Source: Methanomassiliicoccales archaeon (lineage in GTDB: Archaea > Thermoplasmatota > Thermoplasmata > Methanomassiliicoccales > UBA472). Taken from it: 64,000 nt of DNA. Each line of letters starts with the position of its first letter. Position 1 is the first letter of the stretch. The notes beneath the pieces are model-generated. The model made no database searches. It was given only the letters and a program-made list of their open reading frames with translations, and was not told the DNA's origin. The DNA lies in contig DATJOX010000055.1 of NCBI GenBank assembly GCA_035506675.1, forward strand, positions 10,951-74,950, written 5' to 3'. Below, piece by piece: positions 51,356-60,669 of this stretch. Position numbers and translations under genes: made by a program.

Positions 51356-52375
51356 GTGCGGTCCCTCTGCCTGAAGGTGCCGAAGTCGAAAGGGGAATCG
51401 GTGCGTAAAATACTTTTAGAGCGGGGCCTGCTGGACGTTTCCTTGCGCGTTCGGCGCGATGGGGACGACGTTCTCTTCCCCGTGATGTCGGAGGCGGCCA
51501 CGGAGACGGGCTTCCCGCTCTGCGACGATGAGTTCGAGGAAAGGCGAGCGGCGGAGACGGACTACTCTCTCCTCGCGGAAGTTCCAGAAGAGTTGAGGGA
51601 TTCGCTCCCGACCTCCTTCGACGTCATTGGGGATGTCGCGATAATCAAACTTCCAGACGAGCTCTTGCCGTTCTCGCAGAAGGTGGGAGAGGCTCTGATG
51701 AGAACGTTCCCGAGGCTGCGCACCGTCGCGCTCGACAGGGGCGTCAAGGGCGAACTGCGGGTGCGAGAGCTCGAGGTGATCGCCGGCGATGCGAACCTGG
51801 AGACGAGCCACACCGAGTATGGGGTGCATCTCCTCGTCGACCCTTCCAAGGTCTACTTCAACCCCAGGCTGTCGAACGAACGCATGCGCGTCGCTTCACT
51901 GGTGCGTCGAGGGGAGGTCGTCCTCGACATGTTCTCAGGCGTTGGGCCGTTCGCGATCATGATCGCGAAGCGCGCGAAACCCAAGGTCGTCTACGCGATA
52001 GACCTGAACCCCGACGCTGTCACGTATCTCCGCCGCAACATCGAAGCGAACAAGGCGGACAAGGTCGTGGCGTTCGAGGGCAACGCGCGCGAGGTCATCT
52101 TCGACCTGCCGAACCTAGATCGCATCGTGATGAACCTTCCTCACTCTGCGATAGACTTCTTTGCGGACGCGCTCACGAAGCTGAACTTCGGCGGCACGAT
52201 ACATTTGTATCACATCTGCGACCGCGACGACATCGAGCAGATAGTCGAGAAGCTCGTGATCAGCGCCCGGGGCATGGGGGTGGACATCGAGGTGACGCGT
52301 CAGGAGGAGCTCAAGACGTACTCGCCCTCGATGAGCGTGTTCGCGCTAGACCTTGTCCTTCACAAGTGGAGCTAA
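51356..52375 (+). CDS. trm5: tRNA (guanine37-N1)-methyltransferase Trm5 (Met-10+ family)
   Basis: LKVPKSKGESVRKILLERGLLD N-terminus and the SAM motif VLDMFSGVGPFAI, followed by NLPHSA. Confidence 0.8.
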   Translation: MRSLCLKVPKSKGESVRKILLERGLLDVSLRVRRDGDDVLFPVMSEAATETGFPLCDDEFEERRAAETDYSLLAEVPEELRDSLPTSFDVIGDVAIIKLPDELLPFSQKVGEALMRTFPRLRTVALDRGVKGELRVRELEVIAGDANLETSHTEYGVHLLVDPSKVYFNPRLSNERMRVASLVRRGEVVLDMFSGVGPFAIMIAKRAKPKVVYAIDLNPDAVTYLRRNIEANKADKVVAFEGNAREVIFDLPNLDRIVMNLPHSAIDFFADALTKLNFGGTIHLYHICDRDDIEQIVEKLVISARGMGVDIEVTRQEELKTYSPSMSVFALDLVLHKWS

Positions 52376-52843
52376 GGTTATGCCCTTCTGGCCTTGGTAG
52401 TTGCCTGAGCGCTTCTCATAGGTCATCTCGACCTTCGAGTGCATGGTCTCGAAGCACATCTGCACCATGCGCGAACCGATCGGCAGCTCGATCTCCTTCG
52501 ACGACGCGTTGAAGCCCATGAACGTGAGCGTGCCGTGGAATCCGGCATCGATCTTCCCCAGCCCCATCAGGATCCCCTTTCTGATCCAAGAGGTCCTCGT
52601 CCAGAGCTGGGCCGCGAGGTCGTCCGGGAGCTCGACGAACTCGATCGTGCCGACGTAGAACATCGCCTTCGAAGGGATCCTCGCCACGCCCTCCTTGAAG
52701 ACCGCGCCCTGGTCTGGCAGCGAGACCTCCGCCACCCTCAGGTCGTACCCGTTCGGCGTGAGCGATTCTGGTACGAAGTCGCGTATCCCCAGACTGCCCT
52801 CCTTCAGGCGCGCGAGGATCTCGTGGTCGGCGAGAATGCACAT
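52346..52843 (-). CDS. dcd: dCTP deaminase/dUTPase-family protein
   Basis: ILADHEILARLKEGSLGI...PNGYDLRV...IDAGFHGTLT; 165 aa. Confidence 0.8.
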   Translation of the reverse strand: MCILADHEILARLKEGSLGIRDFVPESLTPNGYDLRVAEVSLPDQGAVFKEGVARIPSKAMFYVGTIEFVELPDDLAAQLWTRTSWIRKGILMGLGKIDAGFHGTLTFMGFNASSKEIELPIGSRMVQMCFETMHSKVEMTYEKRSGNYQGQKGITLAPLVKDKV

Positions 52844-52882
52844 GCCCGGGCAACCGCGCTGTCAGCTAAAGAAGGTGCGGTC

Positions 52883-55462
52883 TCATCCCTTGTACATTAT
52901 CCACTTCCGGACCTCATGCCAGAAAGTTCCGATGAACGCAAGCCCGATCGCGAGTATCGCATCGTTTCCGCTGATGTACGTCGTGCGTAGCGGGCCGTGC
53001 AGGAACGGAAGCGCGATCGCCGCTGCGGCGAACAGCAGCGCTCCTGCCCCCCAAATCAACATGGTGGGATTGGTGACGATGCCGAGCTTCAGCAGCGGTT
53101 CCCTGTCCGTGCGCATGTTCAGCGCGAGGAAGAAGTGCCCCACCAGCCAGGTGAGGATCGCAACCGTCTGCGAGCGGGCCAGGTCGCTCGAGGCATACCA
53201 GGTGAGCAGGTACGCGGCCGTCACCGCCGCCGTCAGCCCCGCGCTCGCGACGAAGATGCTCGTGGCCGTTCCACGGTCGAGGAACGCGCGCTTCGGATCA
53301 CGCGGGGGCGTGTTCATGATGTCCGCTTCCGGTCGCTCGGCGACGAAAGCCGCCGAGGCGCCCAGGTCCATGAACAACTCGAGCATGATGATCTGGATCG
53401 GCGCGAAGGGGAGGGGGGCTCTTGCGAGAAGCGCGATAAGGAACGAGGCGATGATCGCGACCTTGCAGGCGAGGTAGTACTTCACCCCCTTGCTCAGATT
53501 CGCGAACAGCCTCCTGCCCTCGGCGATCGCCTTCGCGATCGTACCGAAGTCGTCGTCAGCAAGGACGATGTCCGCCGTTTCTCTGGCAACGTCGCTCCCG
53601 GTAGCGCCCATCGCGACGCCGATGTCCGCCGCGGCGAGCGCCGGCGCATCGTTCACGCCGTCACCCGTCACCGCCACCCTCTCGCCGTCCGCGTGCAGTG
53701 CCTCGACTATGCGCAGCTTCTGCTCCGGGTCGATGCGCGCGAACACCCGCCTGCTCTTGACCGCTTCCTGAAGCTGCCCATCCGTGAGTCCCGCGAGTTC
53801 TTTGTCGGTCATCGTGGAAGCCTCGTGATCGAGCCCGAGCAGCGCGGCGATCTTGACCGCCGTCTGCGGATGATCGCCGGTCACCATGATCGTCCGCACC
53901 CCAGCGCGCTCAATGGTGGCGATCGCCTCCTTCGCACCCTCGCGCGGCGGATCGAGGAACGCGATGATGCCGACGAGCGTGAGCTCCGACTCCGCCTCGT
54001 CCCTTTGGTTCGGGACCGTTGACAAGCGCTTCTCTGCGAAGGCGATCAATCGGTACCCCTCGGCCGCCAGCTTCGTCGCTACCGAGTTCCACTCGGCGCG
54101 GTCCTCCTGGGTCAGCGGCCGATAACCGTTCTCATCGCGCACCGCCGAGCTTCTTGCCAGCACCGATTCAGGAGCGCCCTTGACCGCCGCGAAAATGGAG
54201 TCGTCGTGGCGATGCACGGTGCTCATCAGCTTCTTCCGCCCATCGAAAGCGAATTCGGAAACGAGGGGATTGGATCTTCGGAGCGCATCAGGGTCGATCC
54301 CTTTGGCGCGAGCGGCATCGAGAAGTGCGACCTCGGCCGGCTCCCCGACCGCGCCTATGTCCGCGACAACGGCGTCGCTGCACAGCACTCCGATCCTCAG
54401 CATCTCTTCCGTCATGACCTCCGGCTTCGCTGATGCCAGGGTCATCCTGTTCTCCGTCAGCGTACCGGTCTTGTCCGTGGCGACGACCGTCACGGTGCCG
54501 AGCGTCTCCACCGCCTTCAGCTTCTTCACGATCGCGCGCTGCTTCGAGAGGCGGTACCCTCCCAGGGCCAGGACCATCGTGATGATGATCGGCAGCTCCT
54601 CGGGGATGGTGGCGAAGGCGAGCGAGAGCGCGGTGAGCAGCATCGTTTGCGGCGGCTGCCCGTTGATGAGATAGGCCAGGGTCGGGAGCGCGATGCTGAA
54701 TCCGAGCGCCACGAAAACCATCCATTTCGTGAGGTCGCGCATCGCAAGCTGCAGTGGCGTGCGTGGTGGTTTGACGCCTTTGGCGAGGGCGGCGATCTTC
54801 CCGAGCTCGGTGTTCGAACCGGTCTCGACTACGCAAGCCAGGCCCTTGCCCTGGGTCACGAGGCAGCCCGTGAACACCATGTTCTTGCGTTCTGCCAGGG
54901 GCGTGTTCTGCTCGAGCGCATCAGAGGCCTCCTTCACCACCGGAGCGGACTCGCCTGTAAGTAGCGATTCGTCGACCGTCAGGCCGAACGATTCAAGGAC
55001 GCGTGCGTCCGCCGGGACCCTTCTTCCCGCTTCGAGAACGATGATGTCGCCTGGCACGAGTTCCTCAGAATCCACGTCACGGAACCTGCCAGCGCGGCGG
55101 GCGAGCACGGTCGCGCGCGCTAGGGTGCGCAGCGAGCGGATGGTGCTTCCCGCCTTGAGGTCGTTGTACGTCTCGACGAAAACGAGCGCGGCGATCACCA
55201 GGAAGATGGTGATGGCATCGGTGAGCTCCCCGGACAACGAATAGAGAACGCCCACCACCAGGAGCAGCACGATCATCGGCTCGGTCAGCTCCTCGAGCAT
55301 CTCGCCGAAGAACGACTTGCCCTTGTCCTCCTTGAGCACGTTCCGGCCCTTGGACGCGAGGCGCTTTGCCGCCTCCTCCTCAGTCAGGCCTTCCGCGCGC
55401 GAAGATCCAAGACCTGCTAGCAGCTTGTCAGTCGCGAGCGCATGCCACGGCTCGTTCGTCAT
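52883..55462 (-). CDS. P2-type cation-transporting P-type ATPase
   Basis: Cation_ATPase_N-like start, TM4 motif IPEELP, DKTGTLT and TGDGVNDAPAL. No CPx motif or metal-binding domain. Confidence 0.9.
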   Translation of the reverse strand: MTNEPWHALATDKLLAGLGSSRAEGLTEEEAAKRLASKGRNVLKEDKGKSFFGEMLEELTEPMIVLLLVVGVLYSLSGELTDAITIFLVIAALVFVETYNDLKAGSTIRSLRTLARATVLARRAGRFRDVDSEELVPGDIIVLEAGRRVPADARVLESFGLTVDESLLTGESAPVVKEASDALEQNTPLAERKNMVFTGCLVTQGKGLACVVETGSNTELGKIAALAKGVKPPRTPLQLAMRDLTKWMVFVALGFSIALPTLAYLINGQPPQTMLLTALSLAFATIPEELPIIITMVLALGGYRLSKQRAIVKKLKAVETLGTVTVVATDKTGTLTENRMTLASAKPEVMTEEMLRIGVLCSDAVVADIGAVGEPAEVALLDAARAKGIDPDALRRSNPLVSEFAFDGRKKLMSTVHRHDDSIFAAVKGAPESVLARSSAVRDENGYRPLTQEDRAEWNSVATKLAAEGYRLIAFAEKRLSTVPNQRDEAESELTLVGIIAFLDPPREGAKEAIATIERAGVRTIMVTGDHPQTAVKIAALLGLDHEASTMTDKELAGLTDGQLQEAVKSRRVFARIDPEQKLRIVEALHADGERVAVTGDGVNDAPALAAADIGVAMGATGSDVARETADIVLADDDFGTIAKAIAEGRRLFANLSKGVKYYLACKVAIIASFLIALLARAPLPFAPIQIIMLELFMDLGASAAFVAERPEADIMNTPPRDPKRAFLDRGTATSIFVASAGLTAAVTAAYLLTWYASSDLARSQTVAILTWLVGHFFLALNMRTDREPLLKLGIVTNPTMLIWGAGALLFAAAAIALPFLHGPLRTTYISGNDAILAIGLAFIGTFWHEVRKWIMYKG

Positions 55463-55530
55463 TGTGGTCCCTCATCGAGGTACGGTGCGCTCTGGTCTTG
55501 TAGCTAATGCTTTGCTCTAGCTCGTGTGCA

Positions 55531-55899
55531 TCACTGAACGATGACAACCCCGTGGATGAACGTGTGGATCGTGCAGTGCACGTGATACGTGCCAGCCACG
55601 GAGAACGTGTGCGAGAAATGCGATCCCGTGGAGATCGTTCCGCTATCGAACGCCACCGGGGCTCCTGGGTCGGTGGTCACGGTGTGGTCGACCGGATCGT
55701 TGTTCGTCCAGGTCACGGTGGTGCCGACGCTCGCGGTGATGTTCGCAGGAACGTACGCGAAGCCGCTTATGCTGATGCTCGTGCCTCCTGTTCCGCCTCC
55801 TCCGCCTCCTCCCAGACAACCGGTGAAAGTGAGGATCGCGAATGAGAACATCAGTGCTATGGCGGGCGCGATAAGCTTCCCTCTGTTTATCAGAGGCAT
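55531..55899 (-). CDS. Lipobox-anchored cupredoxin (plastocyanin/amicyanin-like) with an atypical ligand loop
   Basis: Signal sequence plus LTFTGC lipobox, a Gly-rich linker, VDHTV, and YHVHCTIHTFIHG. ATG 55899 lies 24 nt after an ATATAT box. Confidence 0.65.
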   Translation of the reverse strand: MPLINRGKLIAPAIALMFSFAILTFTGCLGGGGGGGTGGTSISISGFAYVPANITASVGTTVTWTNNDPVDHTVTTDPGAPVAFDSGTISTGSHFSHTFSVAGTYHVHCTIHTFIHGVVIVQ

Positions 55900-55922
55900 G
55901 ATGTTCGCCTTTCGAGCCACCA

Positions 55923-55928
55923 ATATAT
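55923..55928 (-). promoter_or_regulatory. TATA box (ATATAT) for the cupredoxin gene
   Basis: 24 nt upstream of ATG 55899. Confidence 0.45.
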
Positions 55929-56017
55929 GGGCGTTTCCGAAGCGTTCATTTTGCGCTGCTGGCGATCAGTCGTCTAGCCCAGCAAGTCCTTATACCCCGC
56001 GGGACGGTCCTGGGAAC

Positions 56018-56668
56018 GTGGCGCGCAAGGGAACGAAGTCGAATGATAGGAGTAATGTGAGCGCCGAGGCTTCGGTCCGACGGGCGCTCCAGGCCCTCCA
56101 AAAAGCGTACGCGGAGCGTGACCCTTCGAAGATCGACGTCCTGGTGAAGGAGGTCTTCTCCGCGGACGACGATGTGACGGTGCTAAGCACCGCCGGGACC
56201 CTTCCTGGCAAGGATGATTGGCCCATCACGAGCGAGGGGGCGAAACAGCTCTTGCTCCGTGATTGGCGGAGCTGGGGTGACGTGCTCTGGGACGTGAAGG
56301 GCGCGCGCATAACGGTCGCTGGCGACGTCGCATGGCTTGACGCGAATGCATTCGTTGAGAAGTACCTTGACCATGACGAAGCGATGAGCAATCATTTGCG
56401 CTACGTGCGCAGCATCCTCGAGAGCGGCATGAACGACAGGGACAAGGTGGCCGAGATTGGGCGGGGGGCGTCCAACGTTCTCGTCGAGCTCAGCAAGGGG
56501 GAGCGGTTCGTCTGGCCTCTCCGGTTCACGGCGGTTCTGCAGTTTGCAGATGGAAAGTGGCGCTTCCGTCAGATGCACTTCTCGTTCCCGACGACGCGCT
56601 TTCCCGACGAGCGCCTCACGGATGTGGAAGGGCTGCCCTCGAGACCAAGGGGCGGAAGGAAGCGCTAG
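56018..56668 (+). CDS. NTF2/SnoaL-like fold protein (DUF4440-like), function unknown
   Basis: VRRALQALQKAYAERDPSKIDVL...GDVAWLDANAFVEK...FTAVLQFADGKWRFRQMHFS resembles SnoaL-like proteins. GTG 56018 lies 24 nt after cTTATAcc. An alternative start is GTG 56057. Confidence 0.4.
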   Translation: MARKGTKSNDRSNVSAEASVRRALQALQKAYAERDPSKIDVLVKEVFSADDDVTVLSTAGTLPGKDDWPITSEGAKQLLLRDWRSWGDVLWDVKGARITVAGDVAWLDANAFVEKYLDHDEAMSNHLRYVRSILESGMNDRDKVAEIGRGASNVLVELSKGERFVWPLRFTAVLQFADGKWRFRQMHFSFPTTRFPDERLTDVEGLPSRPRGGRKR

Positions 56669-57153
56669 CGCTTCATCGCGCGCTCGATATTCTCTCGTCG
56701 CTTCATCAGCCACCAGACGACGACCGCGCCGACCGCGATCGCGCCGAGGACCGGTATCCAGAGATAGCTTGTGGCGTAGAGCACGATCGTGCCAATGTCG
56801 TTGTCTTGAAGCGCGCTGACGGTCACGCTCGACTCGTCGCCGTCGAATCCTGTCTTGTTTAGCCGAAGAGTGTAGGTCCCAGCGGTCGCGTTCAACGTGA
56901 AGAGGCCGTCCGGCCCGGTCGTCGTTTGCGCTATTGTAGTACCGCCGCTGAGAAGGGTGACAGTGACTCCAGGCAGCGACTTGTTGTTGATGTCCACCAC
57001 CGCTCCCGAAACGGTTCCGCTCGCAGGCGGGTCGGCGCTGGAGACCGAGGATGCGATGGACAGAGCGGTAGCGAGAATGACGATCGTCAGGAGCAGCGTC
57101 GTCCCGATCGTCGTGCAGGTTCGTCTTTGTCGTGAGCCGATCAATTGCTTCAC
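56665..57153 (-). CDS. Secreted, C-terminally TM-anchored protein with a carboxypeptidase-regulatory-like (Ig-like) domain
   Basis: N-terminal signal, then SGAVVDINNKSLPGVTVTLLSGGTTIAQTTTGPDGLFTL..GTYTLRLNKTGF, then a C-terminal TM segment (IPVLGAIAVGAVVVWWL). Confidence 0.5.
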   Translation of the reverse strand: MKQLIGSRQRRTCTTIGTTLLLTIVILATALSIASSVSSADPPASGTVSGAVVDINNKSLPGVTVTLLSGGTTIAQTTTGPDGLFTLNATAGTYTLRLNKTGFDGDESSVTVSALQDNDIGTIVLYATSYLWIPVLGAIAVGAVVVWWLMKRRENIERAMKR

Positions 57154-57184
57154 CCTTGCGCGTCTCCTGAATCGCGTTCACGGC

Positions 57185-59368
57185 TTAGAATCTACCCGAC
57201 TTCCGTAGCGCGATCGCGCATTGTCCGGTCGAGATGCATCCGTCACCGTTCGGGAGTTCGTTGTGCACCAGCAGTCTCATCCCGCGGTCCCGAGCCATCC
57301 GCTCGGCAATCGATGTGATGACGTGGTTGTACGAGACGCCCCCAGTGATGCCGATCACCTTCTGCCCGTGCTCTTTCGCTCTGTCCGCCGCGATGTCTAC
57401 CAGGCCTCGGGTGATTGCGGCGATCAGGGAACGAGCCCTGTCATCATTGTTCGCCTTCGAATCGAGCATCTGTCCGTACATCGGGACGGTCATAATGACC
57501 CGGCCGTCTCTGACCACATCGATCGGAACGTTCTCCCTGCCCCTTTCGAGAGCTCTTTCAAGTTTCATCGCCGGCTCCCCGTCATAGGTGCGATACGAGC
57601 ACACGCCCAGTTCACAGGCGACGGCGTCGAGCACCCGACCGAAGCTAGTGGTCCTTCCGCTCGAGCGAGTCATTTTCCTGAGGATGATGGCCTCCTCTTC
57701 GTTGAAGTACCGGTCAGGGAGTCCGAGGGCCTCGCGGAATGCAAAGCTCAATCGGCGCACGTCGTAGACGGCCTTCTCGCCGCCCAGGAGAGGTACCTCC
57801 TGCAGGTGGCCGATGCGTTCGAAGGATTCGAGGGTGGCGTCCAGTATCTCCCCGCCCCACGCTACACCATCCTCCCCGTAGCCGGTGCCGTCTATCGCGA
57901 TCGTAACCAATGAATCCCTCTCATGCTCGGCCATCAACGCCCCTGCATGCGCCCAATGATGCTGCACTTCGACCGTCTCCGCATCGTATCTGTCGGCCAA
58001 GGCGCGCGCCACTCTTCTGGTCGTGTAGGCGGGATGGAGATCGAGGCCGACCACGTCGATCTCTTCCACTCCCAGCAGACGCATATGGTAGTCGAGGGCC
58101 TTTTCCAGGAACTCGATCGCCCCATACGAGGTTCCGTCGCCGATGTACTGGGTCTGATGGATTCGCGAGCCGAAGGCGATCGCACCGGTGATGTTCTCCT
58201 GCGCTCCTACGGCGAGGGCTGCGCCTTTGGACTGGAAGGTGATGCTCGACGGAACGCTGCCCCTGGACTTGCGGATGAAGAACGTCTTTTTGCCGTACGA
58301 CCGCACGACGGAGTCGTCGCAGCGATTGATGATCTCCCGGTCGTGCATCAGATAGCACTCCGCCCCCAGGCCCAGGGCGCTCTCGTCGTCGAGCACCATC
58401 GGCTCGCCGGGAATGTTCGCGGAGGTCATCACGAGCGCGTCCTCCTTGAGGTTGTGGAAGAGAAGGTGTTGCATCTCGGTATAGGGAAGGAAGAGGCCGA
58501 CGTTGCCCAGGCCTGGAGAGATGAGCTCGGTGACGTCGTTCCGCACCTTTGGTACCAGGACGACTGGGCGGTGGCCGGAGGTGAGGAGTTGCTCCTCGAA
58601 CCGACTCGGCACGCAGTATCGCTTCGCCGCCTCGATGTCTCGCACCATCACTGCGAAAGGCTTCTCCTTCCTGCGATACCAATCACGCAGATGCGCCAGG
58701 GTCCCGAGCGTGCAGCAGATGTGCATGCCGCCCCAACTCTTCGCCACCCCGATCGCTCCCTCTTCAAGGAGCCTTGCGAACTCGGGTATCGGGTCCTTAT
58801 CCGTCCTCGATCCTTCTCTATCCAGCAGGTAGTAGCTCGGCCCGCAGTTGGGGCAGCAGATCGTCTGATGATGGAACCGGCGGTCGCCTGGTTCCTCGTA
58901 TTCGCGACGGCAGTCGGCGCACATCGGGAACGAGCGCAGAGAGGTCTTCTTACGATCGTATGGCAGGTCCTCGATGACGGTGAACCTAGCGCCGCAATTG
59001 GTGCAATTGGTGAATGGATAGAGGTGCCGTCGATCGCGCTCGTCGAGCATCTCCTTACGGCACTCTTCGCATTGCGCCACGTCGGTAGGTATGGAGACGC
59101 CCCTCTCGCCGCTCGAGCTGTGGACGATGCGGAACCCCTTGGCGAGCTCGTTGCTGCCATGACCGATCTCCACGGAATCGAGGCGCGCCAGACGAGGAAG
59201 TTGTGCCCGGAGTCTCGCGACGAACTCCTCCGCATCGCGGTCGACCTCGATGACCACGTTCGAGCCGTTGTTCTGCACGTAGCCATTCAGGTGCATCGAG
59301 GTGGCGATGCGGTAGACGGTGGGCCGAAAGCCTACTCCCTGAACGGTCCCATGGATGGTGATCTTCAT
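57185..59368 (-). CDS. hypF: [NiFe]-hydrogenase maturation carbamoyltransferase HypF
   Basis: Acylphosphatase start (KITIHGTVQGVGFRP), two CxxC...CxxC zinc fingers, and YrdC-like and Kae1-like domains; 727 aa. Confidence 0.9.
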   Translation of the reverse strand: MKITIHGTVQGVGFRPTVYRIATSMHLNGYVQNNGSNVVIEVDRDAEEFVARLRAQLPRLARLDSVEIGHGSNELAKGFRIVHSSSGERGVSIPTDVAQCEECRKEMLDERDRRHLYPFTNCTNCGARFTVIEDLPYDRKKTSLRSFPMCADCRREYEEPGDRRFHHQTICCPNCGPSYYLLDREGSRTDKDPIPEFARLLEEGAIGVAKSWGGMHICCTLGTLAHLRDWYRRKEKPFAVMVRDIEAAKRYCVPSRFEEQLLTSGHRPVVLVPKVRNDVTELISPGLGNVGLFLPYTEMQHLLFHNLKEDALVMTSANIPGEPMVLDDESALGLGAECYLMHDREIINRCDDSVVRSYGKKTFFIRKSRGSVPSSITFQSKGAALAVGAQENITGAIAFGSRIHQTQYIGDGTSYGAIEFLEKALDYHMRLLGVEEIDVVGLDLHPAYTTRRVARALADRYDAETVEVQHHWAHAGALMAEHERDSLVTIAIDGTGYGEDGVAWGGEILDATLESFERIGHLQEVPLLGGEKAVYDVRRLSFAFREALGLPDRYFNEEEAIILRKMTRSSGRTTSFGRVLDAVACELGVCSYRTYDGEPAMKLERALERGRENVPIDVVRDGRVIMTVPMYGQMLDSKANNDDRARSLIAAITRGLVDIAADRAKEHGQKVIGITGGVSYNHVITSIAERMARDRGMRLLVHNELPNGDGCISTGQCAIALRKSGRF

Positions 59369-59396
59369 TTGAGCGGGGAATCAAACCCGGCGAGCC

Positions 59397-59404
59397 TATT
59401 AATG
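59397..59404 (-). promoter_or_regulatory. TATA box for hypF
   Basis: ccTATTAATGac, 29 nt upstream of ATG 59368. Confidence 0.45.
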
Positions 59405-59443
59405 ACTTTGGAACATGGAACGGTGGGCGCCCAGTATCTGCGC

Positions 59444-60526
59444 CTAGTCGATCCCATCGGTCTTGAGCCGAGCGACTATCTCCGACACCAGGCCGTCCTC
59501 GAAGAAGCGGATGTAGACGAAAGAGGCCATGATCGAGAAGATCGTGAGAAGCACCACGTACACCGCGAACATCAGCGCGATCCTTTCGAGCCCGACGTTG
59601 CTCGCCGCCCACCACACGATCCAGAACAGGCCGCCGAGGGCCAGCAGCAATTGCAGGGCGCGGGTCTTGCCTCCTCTGTAGACGTAGTAGTCGGAACCGG
59701 GCCCGGGCACCTTGGCACCGATCGCTTCCAGTGTTAGCAGGGGAAGGGTGAGAAGGGGCATCAGGCCTACGGGTATCGATACGAGCGCGTAGGTCTCGGC
59801 GAACGGCACGATCGCGAGCAGGGTCGGGTTGAGGCTGACATACATTCCGATCACCGAGCCTATCGCCACCTGCCATGCCACTGCGTTCAGGATGCGCACT
59901 CCTGATTGGCGCACCTCCATGGGTTCGACATCGAGCCTGATGGTCGACGGGCTCAGCACCCTCGGGAAGCTCAGCAGCCATGCCGCCGTCCTCCTCGCCC
60001 AGGGATCGCCCTTGCCGAAGGTCTGCTTCTTCAGCTCAACGACGAGGGCGGGGATGCCGTTTCGTTCCACCTGGACGACCATCCAGGTACCGCCAGCGAG
60101 CGCGGCCACGAAGAACCACGTTAGCCCCATCAACAGAGCCCACACCATCAAGAAGAGGAACGTTCCACCTTCCCCAGAGTAGACGTTCATCAGCCGCTCG
60201 ACGGATCGGAGCTCGAATCCTGCCAAGTTCAGCGGGACCCCGGTCGCAATATAGATGATGGTGAGAGACGCCGCCAGCACCGCAGCAACGATCACCGACC
60301 ACTTGAGCAGGGGGCGGTACCAGGTCTTGAAATTGTCCTTCCCTCGCCAGAGCACAATCGCGCCGTGGACCGCCAGGAAGGCGAGGGCGATGTTGAAGGA
60401 GGTGGAGAGCGCCCCAACCAATCCTCTCCTTAGGGTGAATGGTAGGGTGATGATTATCGTGAACACCGCAAGGACCACGATTATCCTGAAGTAGAGCCCG
60501 AGGTCCGCCCTTGTCCGTTCGCTCAT
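59444..60526 (-). CDS. Polytopic membrane protein (about 9 TM), no family recognised
   Basis: 360-aa ORF with regularly spaced hydrophobic helices. A gATTATcc box lies about 30 nt upstream. Confidence 0.55.
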   Translation of the reverse strand: MSERTRADLGLYFRIIVVLAVFTIIITLPFTLRRGLVGALSTSFNIALAFLAVHGAIVLWRGKDNFKTWYRPLLKWSVIVAAVLAASLTIIYIATGVPLNLAGFELRSVERLMNVYSGEGGTFLFLMVWALLMGLTWFFVAALAGGTWMVVQVERNGIPALVVELKKQTFGKGDPWARRTAAWLLSFPRVLSPSTIRLDVEPMEVRQSGVRILNAVAWQVAIGSVIGMYVSLNPTLLAIVPFAETYALVSIPVGLMPLLTLPLLTLEAIGAKVPGPGSDYYVYRGGKTRALQLLLALGGLFWIVWWAASNVGLERIALMFAVYVVLLTIFSIMASFVYIRFFEDGLVSEIVARLKTDGID

Positions 60527-60669
60527 CGTTTCGGTTCATGCGAGCGCACTTCGTGGATAATCAGCTTTGCCGCTGCTGAGGCAAGCGAAAGAATCGACTC
60601 CTGGTCGATGCCAAAACGCTCCGCGCAAACAATATATCGAGCAATCAGATACCAGCCTCGGGATTCTAG

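Noticed and set aside
52883-55899. Cupredoxin plus P-type ATPase as a copper export/handling operon.
   Set aside because: The ATPase has a P2-type N-terminus and an IPEELP TM4 motif, with no CPC/CPH motif and no HMA domain, so it is not a P1B copper pump. The adjacency may be coincidental.
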